Assembly (NCBI GenBank): GCA_950097015.1
Contig: CATNEN010000001.1
Location: 23,746,001 to 23,810,000 of the forward strand
Source of the DNA: Macrostomum hystrix
Taxonomy: Eukaryota; Animalia; Platyhelminthes
Direction: 5' to 3'
Length of the DNA: 64,000 nt
A program made the translations under genes and the position numbers. Shown piece by piece: positions 60,790 through 64,000 of this stretch. Within the stretch, counting starts at the first letter, position 1, and the number at the start of each line of letters is the position of its first letter. The notes under the pieces are model-generated. The model was not told where the DNA came from, did no database searches, and saw nothing but the letters and a program-made list of their open reading frames with translations.

Positions 60790-63700
60790 GGGTTTTAGAC
60801 AGTTTGTGATTTCAGAAAGTTTGGGATTTCAGGCAGTTTGGGATTTCAGACAGTTTGGGATTTCAGACAGTTTGGGATTTCAGACAGTTTGGGATTTCAG
60901 ACAGTTTAGGATGTAAGACAGTTTGGGATTTCAGACAGTTTGGGATTTCAGACAGTTTGGGATTTCAGACAGTTTAGGATGTAAGACAGTTTGGGATTTC
61001 AGACAGTTTGGGATTTCAGACAGTTTTGGATTTCAGACAGTTTTGGATTTCAGACAGTTTGGGATTTCAGACAGTTTGGGATTTCAGACAGTTTGGGATT
61101 TCAGACAGTTTGGGATTTCAGACAGTTTAGGATGTAAGACAGTTTGGGATTTCAGACAGTTTGGGATTTCAGACAGTTTGGATTTCAGACAGTTTGGGAT
61201 TTCAGACAGTTTGGGATTTCAGACAGTTTGGGATTTCAGACAGTTTAGGATGTAAGACAGTTTGGGATTTCAGACAGTTTGGGATTTCAGACAGTTTTGG
61301 ATTTCAGACAGTTTTGGATTTCAGACAGTTTGGGATTTCAGACAGTTTAGGATGTAAGACAGTTTGGGATTTCAGACAGTTTGGGATTTCAGACAGTTTT
61401 GGATTTCAGACAGTTTGGGATTTCAGACAGTTTTGGATTTCAGACAGTTTGGGATTTCAGACAGTTTGGGATTTCAGACAGTTTGGGATTTCAGACAGTT
61501 TGGATTTCAGACAGTTTGGGATTTCAGACAGTTTGGGATTTCAGACAGTTTGGGATTTCAGACAGTTTGGGATTTCAGACAGTTTGGGATTTCAGACAGT
61601 TTGGGATTTCAGACAGTTTGGGATTTCAGACAGTTTAGGATTTCAGACAGTTTGGGATTTCAGACAGTTTGGGATTTCAGACAGTTTGGGATTTCAGACA
61701 GTTTGGGATTTCAGACAGTTTTGGATTTCAGACAGTTTGGGATTTCAGACAGTTTGGGATTTCAGACAGTTTTGGATTTCAGACAGTTTGGGATGTAAGG
61801 CAGTTTGGGATTTCAGACAGTTTGGGATTTCAGAACGTTTGGGATTTCAGACAGTTTGGGATTTCAGACAGTTTTGGATTTCAGACAGTTTGGGATTTCA
61901 GACAGTTTGGATTTCAGACAGTTTAGGATGTAAGGCAGTTTGGGATTTCAGACAGTTTGGGATTTCAGACAGTTTGGGATTTCAGACAGTTTGGGATTTC
62001 AGACAGTTTGGGATTTCAGACAGTTTGGGATTTCAGACAGTTTGGGATTTCAGACAGTTTGGGATTTCAGACAGTTTGGGATTTCAGATAGTTTGGGATT
62101 TCAGACAGTTTGGGATTTCAGACAGTTTGGGATTTCAGACAGTTTGGGATTTCAGACAGTTTAGGATGTAAGACAGTTTGGGATTTCAGACAGTTTGGGA
62201 TTTCAGACAGTTTGGGATTTCAGACAGTTTAGGATGTAAGACAGTTTGGGATTTCAGACAGTTTAGGATGTAAGACAGTTTGGATTTCAGACAGTTTGGG
62301 ATTTCAGACAGTTTTGGATTTCAGACAGTTTGGGATGTAAGGCAGTTTGGGATTTCAGACAGTTTGGGATTTCAGAACGTTTGGGATTTCAGACAGTTTG
62401 GGATTTCAGACAGTTTTGGATTTCAGACAGTTTGGGATTTCAGACAGTTTTGGATTTCAGACAGTTTGGGATTTCAGACAGTTTGGGATTTCAGACAGTT
62501 TGGGATTTCAGACAGTTTGGGATTTCAGACAGTTTGGGATTTCAGACAGTTTGGGATTTCAGACAGTTTGGGATTTCAGACAGTTTGGGATTTCAGACAG
62601 TTTGGGATTTCAGACAGTTTGGGATTTCAGATAGTTTGGGATTTCAGACAGTTTGGGATTTCAGACAGTTTGGGATTTCAGACAGTTTGGGATTTCAGAC
62701 AGTTTAGGATGAAAGACAGTTTGGGATTTCAGACAGTTTGGGATTTCAGACAGTTTGGGATTTCAGACAGTTTAGGATGTAAGACAGTTTGGGATTTCAG
62801 ACAGTTTGGGATTTCAGACAGTTTGGATTTCAGACAGTTTGGGATTTCAGACAGTTTGGGATTTCAGACAGTTTGGGATTTCAGACAGTTTGGGATTTCA
62901 GACAGTTTGGGATTTCAGACAGTTTGGGATTTCAGACAGTTTGGGATTTCAGACAGTTTGGGATTTCAGATAGTTTGGGATTTCAGACAGTTTGGGATTT
63001 CAGACAGTTTGGGATTTCAGACAGTTTGGGATTTCAGACAGTTTAGGATGTAAGACAGTTTGGGATTTCAGACAGTTTGGGATTTCAGACAGTTTGGGAT
63101 TTCAGACAGTTTATAGGATGTAAGACAGTTTGGGATTTCAGACAGTTTAGGATGTAAGACAGTTTGGATTTCAGACAGTTTGGGATTTCAGACAGTTTGG
63201 GATTTCAGACAGTTTGGGATTTCAGACAGTTTTGGATTTCAGACAGTTTGGGATTTCAGACAGTTTGGGATTTCAGACAGTTTAGGATTTCAGACAGTTT
63301 GGATTTCAGACAGTTTGGGATTTCAGACAGTTTGGGATTTCAGACAGTTTGGGATTTCAGACAGTTTGGGATTTCAGACAGTTTGGGATTTCAGACAGTT
63401 TGGGATTTCAGACAGTTTGGGATTTCAGACAGTTTAGGATTTCAGACAGTTTGGGATTTCAGACAGTTTGGGATTTCAGACAGTTTGGGATTTCAGACAG
63501 TTTTGGATTTCAGACAGTTTGGGATTTCAGACAGTTTGGGATTTCAGACAGTTTTGGATTTCAGACAGTTTGGGATTTCAGACAGTTTTGGATTTCAGAC
63601 AGTTTGGGATTTCAGACAGTTTGGGATTTCAGACAGTTTGGGATTTCAGACAGTTTGGATTTCAGACAGTTTGGGATTTCAGACAGTTTGGGATTTCAGA

Positions 63701-64000
63701 CAGTTTGGGATTTCAGACAGTTTGGGATTTCAGACAGTTTGGGATTTCAGACAGTTTAGGATGTAAGACAGTTTGGGATTTCAGACAGTTTGGGATTTCA
63801 GACAGTTTTGGATTTCAGACAGTTTTGGATTTCAGACAGTTTGGGATTTCAGACAGTTTGGGATTTCAGACAGTTTGGATTTCAGACAGTTTGGGATTTC
63901 AGACAGTTTGGGATTTCAGACAGTTTGGGATTTCAGACAGTTTGGGATTTCAGACAGTTTGGGATTTCAGACAGTTTAGGATGTAAGACAGTTTGGGATT
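60790..64000. repeat. 17-bp satellite (TTTGGGATTTCAGACAG)n, over 3.2 kb, runs off the window
   Basis: Tandem repeat. Confidence 0.98.

Noticed and set aside
59757-63986. Numerous ORFs in the 16- and 17-bp arrays
   Set aside because: Repeat-derived, intronic and open in multiple frames.

Overview
Eukaryotic (metazoan) genomic DNA: GC-rich coding exons in AT-rich introns and spacers packed with many unrelated minisatellites. The style suggests a repeat-rich flatworm such as Macrostomum, which is an inference. Host genes reconstructed by splice-site and phase analysis are a 4-exon aspartyl aminopeptidase (DNPEP, -), a 2-exon Pipsqueak-type HTH gene whose ORF runs into DNPEP (-), SCOC/UNC-69 (-), a secreted WSC+PAN/Apple protein with a tandem pseudogene copy (-), a 3-exon ATG14-like gene (+) and at least 15 exons of an anoctamin/TMEM16 (-, 5' end not found). 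Mobile DNA includes an intact 4.95-kb Ty3/Gypsy element (identical 177-bp LTRs, CTAA TSD, tRNA-Leu PBS, G_GGA_AAC slippery site plus H-type pseudoknot), a probable solo LTR, two tRNA-derived SINE families (one CORE-type), a hAT MITE carrying a 1.35-kb minisatellite, and a foldback-like structure containing a hammerhead-ribozyme core next to a Pol III B box. A 7.2-kb 30-bp satellite shows emerging higher-order repeats. Most long ORFs in the supplied track are artefacts of tandem repeats.
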